Source: Myxococcota bacterium
Lineage (GTDB): Bacteria > Myxococcota_A > UBA9042 > PHBI01 > JAWLBL01
Length of the DNA stretch: 64,000 nucleotides
Direction: 5' to 3'
Assembly: GCA_041687695.1 (NCBI GenBank)
Contig: JAWLBL010000008.1
Coordinates: forward strand, 203,818 to 267,817
Shown: one piece after another, positions 1 to 9,481 of the stretch
Layout of the letters: each line of letters opens with the position of its first letter
Position numbering within the stretch: position 1 is the stretch's first letter
Notes under the pieces: model-generated
What the model saw: the letters and a program-made list of their open reading frames with translations, nothing else
Told to the model about the DNA's origin: nothing
The model's database searches: none
Position numbers and translations under genes: made by a program

Positions 1-1
1 G

Positions 2-370
2 CGCCTGCACCGCACGGCGCCGATCGGCCCGCCCCAGCCGGACTACGTCAACGCCGTCGCGCGCGTCCGCACCACCCTCGCCCCCGAGGCCCTGCTGCTG
101 TCCCTGCAATCCATGGAGCGCGCCGCCGCCCGCCGCCGCACGGTCCGCTGGGGCCCCCGCACCCTCGACCTCGACCTCCTCCTCTATGACGACGGCCACG
201 GCCAGGTCCGCCTCGCCTCGCCCACCCTGACCCTGCCGCACCCGGAGCTCGCCCGCCGCCGCTTCGTCCTGGGCCCGCTGGCCGAGCTCGATCCCGATTT
301 GCGGCATCCCGTCCTTGACCGCAGTGTTACCGACCTCCTAGAAACGCTCGCCTCCCTGGAGTCGGCCTGA
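2..370 (+). CDS. folK: 2-amino-4-hydroxy-6-hydroxymethyldihydropteridine pyrophosphokinase (5' truncated by window edge)
   Basis: Frame reads TAPIGPPQPDYVNAV...RWGPRTLDLDLLLY...LTLPHPELARRRFVLGPLAEL, the hallmark HPPK motifs. Confidence 0.95.
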   Translation, partial: RLHRTAPIGPPQPDYVNAVARVRTTLAPEALLLSLQSMERAAARRRTVRWGPRTLDLDLLLYDDGHGQVRLASPTLTLPHPELARRRFVLGPLAELDPDLRHPVLDRSVTDLLETLASLESA

Positions 371-371
371 C

Positions 372-1379
372 ATGCCCATTCGCAGCACAGCCATCGCCCT
401 GGCCCTCGCGACCGCGCTCGCGGCCTGCGCCGACGGCCGGGCCGGTGACCCTCGGCTGACCCCCTCGGTCGAGCGCCGCCTCGACCGGGCCCCCGACGCC
501 CCGGCCCCGACCCTGCCGCTCGCGCCGGTCGCCCTCGCCACGCAGGCCGACTTCGACGCCTTCGAGCGCGACGCCCTGGCCCGCTCGACCCCGGAGACGG
601 TCCTCGGCGTCTACGAGGCGCTCGCCGACGGCGCCCAACCGGGCGCCCGCGAGGCCGACGCCATCCTGCTGCAGCGACTCGCCCTGCTCAGCTTCTCGGC
701 CAGCGCCGACCAGGCGCGCCTCGAGCGCACCTTCGCCCTGGCCGACCGCCTCCACCGCGAGGCGCCCGCCAGCCCGCACACCCTGTATCTGCTGGCCTAC
801 GTCAAGCGCCTGCTGCTGGTGTCGGCCCGCGCCGGCCGCGCCGGCGAGATCCCGGCCGAGCACCGCGACGTCGCCGACAAGCTCCGCGACGACTGGACCC
901 GCCTGCTCGCCGCCGCGCCCGACTACGTCGGCCCCTACGAGCAGTCCGCCGCCGGCATCCGCCGCGATCTGGCCGAGCTGACCGCCGCGTTGGCCCGCCC
1001 GGCCGCCGATCCCGGCGCCACGCCGCCGCCCCCCTCGGTCGCGGGCGCCGACGCGACCGAGGCCCGCAGCACCCTGTGGCGCCACGAGCACGCCAACCCC
1101 GGCGAGCGCAAGACCCTGTGCGAGACCTGGCTGGCCCGCGACGCCGACCTCACGCCCCGCGGTGAGCAGACCCGCTACGCGGAGCTCGTCTGCGCGGCCG
1201 AGGTCGGCGCCCCCGAGGCCGGCTACGCCGCCCTGACGGCGCTGGTCGGGACGCCGTCGCTGGCCGACCCGTGCGCCTGGGCCGCGCGCCTGGGCACGCC
1301 GCCCGCGGGCGCCGCCGACGCGCTGAGCGCCGCCCTGGCCCGCGCGGGGCTGCCCGCCTGCCCGGCGGCGGGGCCCTGA
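372..1379 (+). CDS. Hypothetical helical lipoprotein
   Basis: Signal peptide with lipobox LAAC; 1 bp after the folK stop; Ala/Leu-rich helical content. Confidence 0.75.
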   Translation: MPIRSTAIALALATALAACADGRAGDPRLTPSVERRLDRAPDAPAPTLPLAPVALATQADFDAFERDALARSTPETVLGVYEALADGAQPGAREADAILLQRLALLSFSASADQARLERTFALADRLHREAPASPHTLYLLAYVKRLLLVSARAGRAGEIPAEHRDVADKLRDDWTRLLAAAPDYVGPYEQSAAGIRRDLAELTAALARPAADPGATPPPPSVAGADATEARSTLWRHEHANPGERKTLCETWLARDADLTPRGEQTRYAELVCAAEVGAPEAGYAALTALVGTPSLADPCAWAARLGTPPAGAADALSAALARAGLPACPAAGP

Positions 1380-1380
1380 C

Positions 1381-2361
1381 ATGACGGCGCTGGGCCGACG
1401 CGTCGGCGTCGGGGTCGTCTTCGGCGTGCTCGTGGGGGTCGGCCTCATGGTCTACTCCGACGCCTCGCAGCTCGCCCAGGGCATCGCCTCGTTCGATCTG
1501 ACGGCGCTCGGGCCGGTGCTGGCGCTGTCGCTGGTCGGCTACGCGCTGCGCGTCGCGAAGTGGGAGGTCTACCTGGCCGCCCTCGACGTGCGCCTGCCGC
1601 GCGTCGACAGCGCGCTGGCGTTCCTCGCCGGCATGGTCATGTCCATCACGCCGGGCAAGGTGGGCGAGGTCCTCAAGAGCTTCCTGGTCCGCCAGCGCTG
1701 GGGGACGCCCGTCGCCACGACCGCGCCCATCGTGGTGGCCGAGCGGCTGACCGACTTCCTCGCGCTGCTGGTGCTGGCCGCCCTCGGCGCCGCCTCGGCC
1801 AGCGGCTACGGCGTCGGCGTCCTGGCCCTCGCAGGTGGGCTGACCGCCGCCCTCCTCGCGGTCGTCGCCTGGCCCCCGGCCAGCCGCCTGGCCCTGGCCG
1901 TCCTCGGGCGCATGCCGGTGCTGAGCCGCGTCACGCCCAAGCTCGAGGAGGCCCACCAGGCGATGCTGCGGCTCATCGGCACGCGCACCCTCCTGTGGAC
2001 CACGGCCTTGTCGGTCGTCGCCTGGGGCTGCGAGGCCGTCGGCACCTGGCTCATCCTCAACGCCTTCCCCGGCGTCGAGGCCACGCTCGCCGAGGCCACC
2101 TTCGTCTACGCCTTCGCGACCATCGCCGGCGCGCTGTCGATGCTGCCCGGCGGCCTGCTCGCCACCGAGGGCTCCATGATCGCGCTGCTCACCAAGGCGC
2201 TGGCCCTCACCGACTCGCGCGCCGTCGCCACCGCCGCGACCCTGCTCGTCCGCTTCTGCACCCTGTGGTTCGGCGTCGCCCTGGGCCTGGTCGCCCTCGC
2301 CGCCTTCCGCCACCGCGCCGCGGCCCACCCGTCCGCGCCCGCCGAGAGCCTGCAGCCCTGA
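1381..2361 (+). CDS. Lysylphosphatidylglycerol-synthase TM / flippase-like membrane protein (UPF0104)
   Basis: Multi-TM protein; motifs SITPGKVGEVLK, VVAERLTD, PGGLLATEG, LLVRFCTLW. Confidence 0.85.
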   Translation: MTALGRRVGVGVVFGVLVGVGLMVYSDASQLAQGIASFDLTALGPVLALSLVGYALRVAKWEVYLAALDVRLPRVDSALAFLAGMVMSITPGKVGEVLKSFLVRQRWGTPVATTAPIVVAERLTDFLALLVLAALGAASASGYGVGVLALAGGLTAALLAVVAWPPASRLALAVLGRMPVLSRVTPKLEEAHQAMLRLIGTRTLLWTTALSVVAWGCEAVGTWLILNAFPGVEATLAEATFVYAFATIAGALSMLPGGLLATEGSMIALLTKALALTDSRAVATAATLLVRFCTLWFGVALGLVALAAFRHRAAAHPSAPAESLQP

Positions 2362-4418
2362 TGGTCGTCCGCCCGCCACCGGCCTCCGACAGCGCCTTCG
2401 ACGTCCTGGCGCGCCTGGTCCGCCTGTCGACCGGCACGGGCGGCGCCTCGTCCGTCGTCAGCGCCGCCTTCGACGCCTGCGAGCAGCTCACCGGCGCCCA
2501 GGGCGTGATGCTGTTCTGCCCGGTGCCCGGCCGCGAGCGCATCGCCCTGGTCTCGCACCGGCACGTGCCCGACGAGGTCACCCAGCACATCCAGCGCCTC
2601 GACGCCGAGGTCGGCGCCGCGGGCCAGGCCGCGCGCGGCGCCCCGGTCGCCGTCATCTCGGTGGACGCCTACCCCGAAGGCCCCGCCCGCGAGGCCGCCA
2701 TCCAACTAGGCTACCGCACCACCGTCGGCGTGCGCGTCCACGCCTCGGGGCAGATGACCGGGGTCCTCGGGCTGCTCTTCCGCGACGCCCAGCCCAAGCT
2801 CGACTTCGCCCTGCTCGAGACCCTGGGCGGCGTCATCGGCATGGCCATGGCGCGCGACGCCCTCGAGCGCTCGGCCCAGTTCAGCGAGCACCGCTACCGC
2901 ACCCTGGTCGAGCACGTCCCGGTCGCCGTCACCGTCATCCGCAACGAGCGTTTCGAGTACGTCAACCCGGCCATGAGCCTGGTCCTGCGCCGCCCCGCCG
3001 AGGACTTCATCGGCCGCCCGCTGCTGGACCCGGCCGTCTTCCACCCCGACGACCACCCCATCGTCGCCGAGCGCTACGCCGCCAGCATGCGCGGCGAGGT
3101 CTCGCGAGACCTGTTCGACGTGCGCTGCGTCCGCGCCGACGGCGTCCTGCGCGAGGTCGCCTGCCACGGCGTCCGGGTCGACGACGAGCGTGGCCCCGCC
3201 ATGATCGCCATCGGGGTCGACCGCACCGAGCACAACCAGCTGCTCCGCAACGCCGCGCGCGCCCAGAAGCTGCACGCGCTCGGCACGCTCTCGGGCGGCA
3301 TCGCCCACGACTTCAACAACCTCCTCGGCACCATCGAGGGCTACGCCTCGCTGCTGCTCGAGGAGGTCGATCTCGGGCCGCGCGCCAGCTCGCGGCTGTC
3401 GATGATCGCCGACTCGGCGCGCCGCGGCAGCCAGCTGACCGCGCGCCTGCTCAACTTCGCGCAGGCGCGTCACCCCGAGCGCGGGCCGCTGGCCATCGAC
3501 GCCCTGCTCGCGACGGCGCTGGATCTCGCGCGCCCGCACTTCCACGGCGCCTTCCGCGTCGAGGTCGACCCGCCGCCCGGCGCCTGGGTCCTGGGCGACG
3601 AGTCGCAGCTGCAGCAGGTCCTGCTGAACCTGTTCATCAACGCCCGCGACGCCATGCCCGGCGGCGGGCTGCTACGCGTCGGGGCGCGCCCGGTCAAGGT
3701 CCGCGCCGCCGCCCCGCTCGAGGACCTCGCCCCCGGGCGCTACGTCGCCGTCGACGTGTCCGACACCGGCGGTGGCATTCCCCACGAGCACCAACGCACC
3801 ATCTTCGAGCCCTTCTGGACGACCAAGCCGATGGGCAACGGCACGGGCCTCGGCCTCGCGATGGCCCACGCCATCGTGACGGCGCACGGCGGCCACCTCG
3901 GCGTGCGCTCGCAGCCGGGGCGCGGCGCGACCTTCAGCGTCGTCCTGCCCGCCTGCGACCCGCCCGAGCGCGCCGAGGCGCCCCCGCCCGACGAGCCTCC
4001 ACGCGTCGCTGCGCCCCGCGGCGACCGGGCGCGCCCGCGTGTGCTCGCCTTCGACGACGAGGCCGGCATCCGCGCCTTCCTGGGCGAGGCCCTGAGCGCC
4101 ATCGGCTTCGACACGCGGCTGTTCGAGACCGGCCGCGCCGCCTTGGCGTTCCTGGACGGCGGGGCGGGCGAGGGCGAGGGCGCCGGCTGGCCGGACGTCG
4201 TGATGATGGACATCTCGATCCCGGGCGAGGACGCGGTGGCGACGCTGGCGGCGCTGCGTGAGCGGCTGCCCGACACGCCCATCCTCATCTCGTCGGGCTT
4301 CGCGCAGCCCCAGGTCGCCGAGCAGCTGACCGCCACGCGGGGCACGGCCTTTCTGCCCAAGCCGTACCGCATCGGGGCGCTGCGCAAGATGCTGCGCGAT
4401 CTGCTCGGCGGCGCCTGA
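2361..4418 (+). CDS. Hybrid sensor histidine kinase (GAF-PAS-HisKA-HATPase-REC)
   Basis: ATG at 2361 overlaps the upstream TGA; GGIAHDFNNLL H-box, QVLLNLFINARDAM, DTGGG, GTGLGL; C-terminal receiver (DDE, DVVMMD, FLPKPY). Confidence 0.93.
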   Translation: MVVRPPPASDSAFDVLARLVRLSTGTGGASSVVSAAFDACEQLTGAQGVMLFCPVPGRERIALVSHRHVPDEVTQHIQRLDAEVGAAGQAARGAPVAVISVDAYPEGPAREAAIQLGYRTTVGVRVHASGQMTGVLGLLFRDAQPKLDFALLETLGGVIGMAMARDALERSAQFSEHRYRTLVEHVPVAVTVIRNERFEYVNPAMSLVLRRPAEDFIGRPLLDPAVFHPDDHPIVAERYAASMRGEVSRDLFDVRCVRADGVLREVACHGVRVDDERGPAMIAIGVDRTEHNQLLRNAARAQKLHALGTLSGGIAHDFNNLLGTIEGYASLLLEEVDLGPRASSRLSMIADSARRGSQLTARLLNFAQARHPERGPLAIDALLATALDLARPHFHGAFRVEVDPPPGAWVLGDESQLQQVLLNLFINARDAMPGGGLLRVGARPVKVRAAAPLEDLAPGRYVAVDVSDTGGGIPHEHQRTIFEPFWTTKPMGNGTGLGLAMAHAIVTAHGGHLGVRSQPGRGATFSVVLPACDPPERAEAPPPDEPPRVAAPRGDRARPRVLAFDDEAGIRAFLGEALSAIGFDTRLFETGRAALAFLDGGAGEGEGAGWPDVVMMDISIPGEDAVATLAALRERLPDTPILISSGFAQPQVAEQLTATRGTAFLPKPYRIGALRKMLRDLLGGA

Positions 4419-4484
4419 ACGGCGACGGCCGGCGCCCCTCGCGAAGAGGAGGCCGGCCGGCGGGGAGGAGCGGGCCCGCGTCGC

Positions 4485-5183
4485 TCAGTAGGCGGCGCAG
4501 TAGCCCCAGGCGTCGCAGTAGCTGCCGACCGGGCAGTCCCAGTCGCTGTAGCAGGTCAGGACCTCGGCGCACATCCCGTCGATGCACACGTCCGCGCCGC
4601 CGCAGTCCCAGTCGTCGTAGCACTCGGCGTCGGGGTAGCACATCCCGTCGGCCGCGCAGAAGGTGCCCCAGGGGCACTCGCTGTCCGACAGGCAGCCGGG
4701 GAAGGGCTCGCACAGGCCGACGTCCGAGCAGTAGTCGGTCGGCGCGCAGTCCTGATCCTCCCAGCACAGCTCGCCCACCCAGCACTGGCCGTCGACCGCG
4801 CAGTAGGTCCCGGCGGGGCACTGGTCGTGGTCGACGCAGCCGGGCAGGGCGTAGCAGAAGCCGTCGGACTCGCAGTACTCGCCGGTGGGGCAGTGGTAGT
4901 CCGACGTGCACTCGACCTCCTGGTAGCACACGCCATCGGAGCCGCAGAAATAGCCCGGGGCGCAGTCGCTGTTGCGGTAGCAGCCCGACGCCGGGGGCGG
5001 CGGCGGCGCGGGCGTCGCGTCGTAGCAGACGCCGTCGGCCGCGCAGTAGAAGCCGGCTGGGCAATCCCAATCGTCGTAGCAGCCATGGGTGCCGCCTTCG
5101 ATGTAGCATCCGGTGGCGGTCGCCGACAGAACCATGACCGACAGGGCGAGCAGCGGAGCGGAGGGGCGGAGGGTGCGGGACAT
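4485..5183 (-). CDS. Cys-rich repeat lipoprotein
   Basis: Signal peptide ending ATGC, then about eight C-x2-D-x2-C-x2-G-x2-C-x2-DG-x-C units. Confidence 0.8.
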   Translation of the reverse strand: MSRTLRPSAPLLALSVMVLSATATGCYIEGGTHGCYDDWDCPAGFYCAADGVCYDATPAPPPPPASGCYRNSDCAPGYFCGSDGVCYQEVECTSDYHCPTGEYCESDGFCYALPGCVDHDQCPAGTYCAVDGQCWVGELCWEDQDCAPTDYCSDVGLCEPFPGCLSDSECPWGTFCAADGMCYPDAECYDDWDCGGADVCIDGMCAEVLTCYSDWDCPVGSYCDAWGYCAAY

Positions 5184-5310
5184 GGCTGACTCCATCAGGT
5201 GCGGGCCGAACGGGGCGTCGTGGTCGGCGTCGTTGGCAGCGGCAGAGACGGGACGGGCGAGGGAATCTTCAAAGCTCGTTTCACTTTGGCGGAATCGTCG
5301 CGCGCGTCGC

Positions 5311-5970
5311 GTGTTCGCGCCGCTCGCCGTGGCGCTGACGCTATCGCTCGGGGCCTGCCTCGAGGCCCCCCCCGCGTCGCCCGGCCCCGAGGCCACCGTC
5401 CAGGCCATCCACGCGGCCTGGGTGTCGGGCGACCTCGCGAGCATGCACCAGCACGTCGATTACCGACAGCGCCTGGCCGACGAGCTGGGGCCCATCTGGG
5501 ACGAGGCGCCCGAGGCCGACCGCGCGGACGCCGTCGCGCGGATGCAGGCGCTGTTCGAGCTGTCGACCGAAAAGTACTGGAACGATCGCGTCGCCGGCCG
5601 CGCGCAGAGGTTGACTGTACGGTACGAGGCGCCGGATATAGCCTGGGTCCGGGTCGAGGCGGTCCCCGTCGCAGGGGTGGCCGCGGCCGAGGACGCCGGG
5701 GCGCCACCGCGGTTCTCCTGGCAGTACCGCGTGCACGCTCGGGAGGGTCGATGGACGGTGACGCAACGGGAGCTCGCGCTCGGGTTCGCGCGAAGCGACA
5801 CGAGCGACTTCTTCCGTCAGGTCGTCCGGAGGGTCGAGGCGGAGTTCGGCCGGCGCCCGACGCTGGCGGAGCTGAACGCGAACTTGCCCTCGTGGGTGGG
5901 CCGGCTGAACCGGAAGGTCTACCGGGTGGAGGCGCTGCCCCCGGCGAAGCCGCGCCCTCGGTCACCCTAG
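5311..5970 (+). CDS. Lipoprotein, possible MlaC/NTF2-like fold
   Basis: GTG start re-picked; lipobox LGAC; HVDYRQRLADELGPIWDEAPEADRADAV resembles the MlaC/Ttg2D helical motif; C-terminal YRVH..EGRWTVT. Confidence 0.55.
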   Translation: MFAPLAVALTLSLGACLEAPPASPGPEATVQAIHAAWVSGDLASMHQHVDYRQRLADELGPIWDEAPEADRADAVARMQALFELSTEKYWNDRVAGRAQRLTVRYEAPDIAWVRVEAVPVAGVAAAEDAGAPPRFSWQYRVHAREGRWTVTQRELALGFARSDTSDFFRQVVRRVEAEFGRRPTLAELNANLPSWVGRLNRKVYRVEALPPAKPRPRSP

Positions 5971-6014
5971 CGGCGGCCGCGAGGTCGGGAGCCGTCCCCG
6001 ACGCCTCCGCACCG

Positions 6015-7199
6015 GTGGCCGCTCCTGGCCGCGCTCCGCGGAGCGCGGGCAACGGCTGGTTCGGGCTACAGTCGCAGCTGCAGGTCGGCGTCCAGGACTC
6101 GCCCATCGCGCTCCTGGTGCGCAACGACCGCACCAACCGGCTGCTGGCCGGGCTGGCGCAGCAGCTGGACGCGCTGCAGCTGGCGTCGACCAAGGGCGAC
6201 GAGCTGCCGGTCCTCGAGATGAGCGTGCGCGAGGTCGCCTACGCGCGCGCCCAGTGGCAGGCGGCCGTGCTCGCGGGTGAGCACCGCCTGTACGACCTGG
6301 CGACGCTGCTGACCTGGAAGCTGGCGCGGACGCGGCGCATCCAGCTGGTCGCGCGCGTCCTCGTGGGCCCCAGCGAGGAGGCCGAGAAGGACGGCGCACG
6401 CATCGTCATCGAGGAGACCATCACCAGGCAGCGGCTCAAGCGGACCACCGACCACACGCTGGCCGCCCGCATCGCGCGCCGGTACAAGTATCGGACCGCG
6501 GTCAACGAGCCGTTCGGCAAGCTCTACGCGCGCGCCAGCTACCTCGAGCTGCGTCCCCTCGAGACCAGCGAGGACATCGCGGCGACGCGTGTCCTGACGC
6601 GGGTCAAGGCCAACGATCAGATCTGGAACAAGGTCTGCGACGCGCTCTTCGACGTCGACGCCGTGGTGCAGCGCGACAAGATGCTCAACGCCGGCTCGAA
6701 GTACATCAAGGACGTCTTCGGCATCAAGATCCTGACGGCGCGGCGCGAGGACAGCTACCGGGTCGACGCGCTGATGAGCCAGATGGCCTTCGAGCCCGAG
6801 CTGGTCGCCGAGCTGGCGCTGAGCGCGGGCGAGCGCATCGAGCATCTGCCGCCGCTCGAGCTGGTCGAGCGCAAGGACTACCTGTCGCTGCCGCCCGAGC
6901 AGAAAAAGCGCACGGGCTGGGAGGCCATCAAGAACGTCTACCGCTGGGGCGGGCAGCTGTTCGAGGTGCAGATCCAGACGGAGGCGAACTACTACGCCGA
7001 GGCGTGGGACCTGTCGAACACGTCGCACCGCACCTTCGAGATGCAGCGGCGCAACATGCGGCGGCAGCTCGAGGAGCGCGTGCCGCACTACCGCGAGTTC
7101 CGGCGCATCCTGAAGGCCATCTTCGGGCGCACCGCCAGCGGCAAGAGCGAGATCGCGACCGACTCGGGCCTGCCGAGCTGGCTGAAGCTGGTGCCGTGA
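6015..7199 (+). CDS. Divergent RelA/SpoT-type synthetase (nucleotidyltransferase) domain protein, SAS-like; start uncertain
   Basis: Ordered motifs RVKANDQIWNK, KDVFGIKIL, KDYL..P..KKRTGWEAIK and FEVQIQT correspond to RSH synthetase motifs; no HD, TGS or ACT domain seen. Confidence 0.7.
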   Translation: MAAPGRAPRSAGNGWFGLQSQLQVGVQDSPIALLVRNDRTNRLLAGLAQQLDALQLASTKGDELPVLEMSVREVAYARAQWQAAVLAGEHRLYDLATLLTWKLARTRRIQLVARVLVGPSEEAEKDGARIVIEETITRQRLKRTTDHTLAARIARRYKYRTAVNEPFGKLYARASYLELRPLETSEDIAATRVLTRVKANDQIWNKVCDALFDVDAVVQRDKMLNAGSKYIKDVFGIKILTARREDSYRVDALMSQMAFEPELVAELALSAGERIEHLPPLELVERKDYLSLPPEQKKRTGWEAIKNVYRWGGQLFEVQIQTEANYYAEAWDLSNTSHRTFEMQRRNMRRQLEERVPHYREFRRILKAIFGRTASGKSEIATDSGLPSWLKLVP

Positions 7200-7669
7200 A
7201 CGCGCGCTTCGTCGCGATCGCCGTCGTGGCCGTGGGGATGGCCGCATGGCTGGGCCTGCGGGGCTGCGAGAGCGAGGCCGAGGCGCGCGTCACGGCGACG
7301 CTCGAGGCGCTGGCGCTCGCGGCCGAGGCGGGTGACGGCGACGCCATCCACGACCACCTGGCGGCCGACTACCGGGACCGCCTGGGGCACGACGCCGAGG
7401 GGCTGACGCGGCGCATCCTGGCGGAGCGCGAGCTCTGGGACCGCTGGGACGTCCAGCTCGACGGCCTGCGCGTCGAGGTCGACGAGGACGCCGGCTTCGC
7501 CAAGGCGAGCTTCCGGCCCGTCTTCGAGGGCGAGCCGGCCGAGGGCACGCGGCGCAAGCCCTACCGGTTCCGCGACGGGCAGCGCGTCACGGTCGAGCTG
7601 CGGCGGCACGGCGATCGGTGGCTGGTGCACCGCGCCGGCATGGGGCTGTCGCTGCGCGACGCGCTCTGA
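7196..7669 (+). CDS. Small exported NTF2/SnoaL-like protein
   Basis: GTGA overlap with the upstream stop; N-terminal hydrophobic segment; GDGDAIHDHLAADYRD and LRRHGDRWLV pattern. Confidence 0.65.
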   Translation: MNARFVAIAVVAVGMAAWLGLRGCESEAEARVTATLEALALAAEAGDGDAIHDHLAADYRDRLGHDAEGLTRRILAERELWDRWDVQLDGLRVEVDEDAGFAKASFRPVFEGEPAEGTRRKPYRFRDGQRVTVELRRHGDRWLVHRAGMGLSLRDAL

Positions 7670-7690
7670 GCCCGCTCAGGGGCGTGGCGA

Positions 7691-9406
7691 TCAGGGGACG
7701 AGCGCCTGCTGGATCTCGAAGGCGAGCCCGGTCGGCGTCGGGGCGCCCGACACGGTCAGCTCACCGTACTGCGAGGCCACGGCCTCTCCGAAGGCGCGCA
7801 GGGCGGCGATGAGCTCGGCCACGGCCGGGTCGTCGCCCTCGCCGGCCATGAGGGCGATGCCGGCGATGGTCTCCTCGGTGTCGAGGCGCTCGAAGGCGGC
7901 GCGGTCGAGGCGCGCGAAGATCATCGGGGCGGTGGGGGCCGGCGGCGCCGTCAGGACGCGCGTCAGCGACTCGGGCGTGGCGCCCCCGAAGGCGGCGCCC
8001 AGGGCGGACTGGGTCAGCGCGACCCACAGGTCGCCCAGGTCGGGGACGCCGAAGTCGGCGAGCGGCAGCCGCACCGGACGGGCGTCGGGGCGCAGGCCGA
8101 GCTCGGCGACCGCGGGCAGGAGCGTCGCGGCGATGTCGACGAGCTGGGCGGCCTGAGGGCTGGCGACGACGACGGTGCCCTGGACGACCTGGGGGACGCC
8201 GTCGTCCATGCGCAGGGTCGAGATGGCGAGATCGAAGCCGTGCAGGGCGGGGTAGGCGGCCAGGGTCTCGCGGAAGGCGACGGCGTTTTCGGCCAGCGGG
8301 TTGAGGGCCTGCAGGGACTCGCAGGTGTAGGGCTGGGTGCGCAGCTCGCCGAGGCGCTCGAGCAGGTCGAAGGCGAGCTTCTGGAGATCGATGGCGACGC
8401 CGAAGGTGGCGAAGCTGCCGCGGTGGAGGTCCGCGCCGAGCCCGGGGACGGTGGCGCGCGCGTTCGCCAGCATGGCGGCGACGTCCGAGGCGAGCTCGAG
8501 CTGCGCCACCCAGTGGCTGCGGCGGGCGTCGACGGCGCGGGCGCCGAAGGCGAGGCGGGGCGCGGCCTCGACGAGGCGGCGCACCTCGGGGAGGCAGCCG
8601 GGAGGCAGCTCGGGGGCGCCGAGGGCGGCCGCCACACGCCCGTTGAGGCCGGTGGCCGCGGGCGTGAGGGCCTCGAGCAGGCGCAGGTGATCGAGGTAAC
8701 CCAGGCCCCAGGCGCGCACGTCGTAGGCGCGGGCGAGGCGCTCGAGGGCGCCGGTGGTCGCGAGGCTGGGGCCGCCCAGGCGGCCGAGCAGGACGGCGTC
8801 CAGGACCAGGTCACGCGTGCCGGGCGTGAAGAGGGCGGTCGCGAGCTCGTCGCCCTGGACGGCCACGACCAGCTGCAGCTCGCCGCCGAGGAGGTCGACG
8901 ACCTGGGCGCGGACGCCGTGGTGGTCGAGCGTCTGCGGGGTCAGGCGCAGGTGGGCGAAGACCCGGTCGAGGGTCGCCCGGAAGCGCTCGCCGCTCGCGA
9001 GGCGGCCGCGGATGGCCGGCATCAGCCCGACCCCGTAGATCAGCATGGGCGCTTCGAGATCGATGCCGAGCTGCGTCAGGCCCTGCGGGCTCATGCGGCC
9101 GCGCAGCTCGCCCAGCAGCCCGAGCACGGCCTGGAGTTCGAACCCCAGCGCCTCGGGGCCGAGCTGGCCGGCCACGGCGTCGACCGCGTTCAGCAGGCGC
9201 TCGGTCGCGGGGGCGATGCGCGTCAGCTCGCGCGACCAGGTGCCCTCGGGGGCGCGCTCGACGGCGCCGAAGACGTACGGCGAGTCGGCGGGGACCCACG
9301 CGGCCAGCGGATCGCCGGCGCGCGGCAGGTCGTCGGGGCGGGGCTTGGCGCCGCCGCAGCCGACCAGGAGGCTGACGAGCGCCACAGCGCACAGCTTGGA
9401 GGACAT
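7691..9406 (-). CDS. Hypothetical lipoprotein
   Basis: 571 aa ORF, lipobox LVGC, protein-like composition. Confidence 0.75.
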   Translation of the reverse strand: MSSKLCAVALVSLLVGCGGAKPRPDDLPRAGDPLAAWVPADSPYVFGAVERAPEGTWSRELTRIAPATERLLNAVDAVAGQLGPEALGFELQAVLGLLGELRGRMSPQGLTQLGIDLEAPMLIYGVGLMPAIRGRLASGERFRATLDRVFAHLRLTPQTLDHHGVRAQVVDLLGGELQLVVAVQGDELATALFTPGTRDLVLDAVLLGRLGGPSLATTGALERLARAYDVRAWGLGYLDHLRLLEALTPAATGLNGRVAAALGAPELPPGCLPEVRRLVEAAPRLAFGARAVDARRSHWVAQLELASDVAAMLANARATVPGLGADLHRGSFATFGVAIDLQKLAFDLLERLGELRTQPYTCESLQALNPLAENAVAFRETLAAYPALHGFDLAISTLRMDDGVPQVVQGTVVVASPQAAQLVDIAATLLPAVAELGLRPDARPVRLPLADFGVPDLGDLWVALTQSALGAAFGGATPESLTRVLTAPPAPTAPMIFARLDRAAFERLDTEETIAGIALMAGEGDDPAVAELIAALRAFGEAVASQYGELTVSGAPTPTGLAFEIQQALVP

Positions 9407-9481
9407 CGGCGCACCTCGAGCTTCTTTGGGTGAGGGTGGGAGCCCGCTGCATACCCGACCCGGCCGGCGAGGGCCAATGAT

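Noticed and set aside
1560..2360. N-terminal extension of the kinase ORF (likewise long extensions at 5199, 20656, 28487, 35018, 40876, 52321)
   Set aside because: Arg/Pro/Gly-rich off-frame read-through overlapping real genes; coupled starts at stop/start overlaps or signal peptides fit better.
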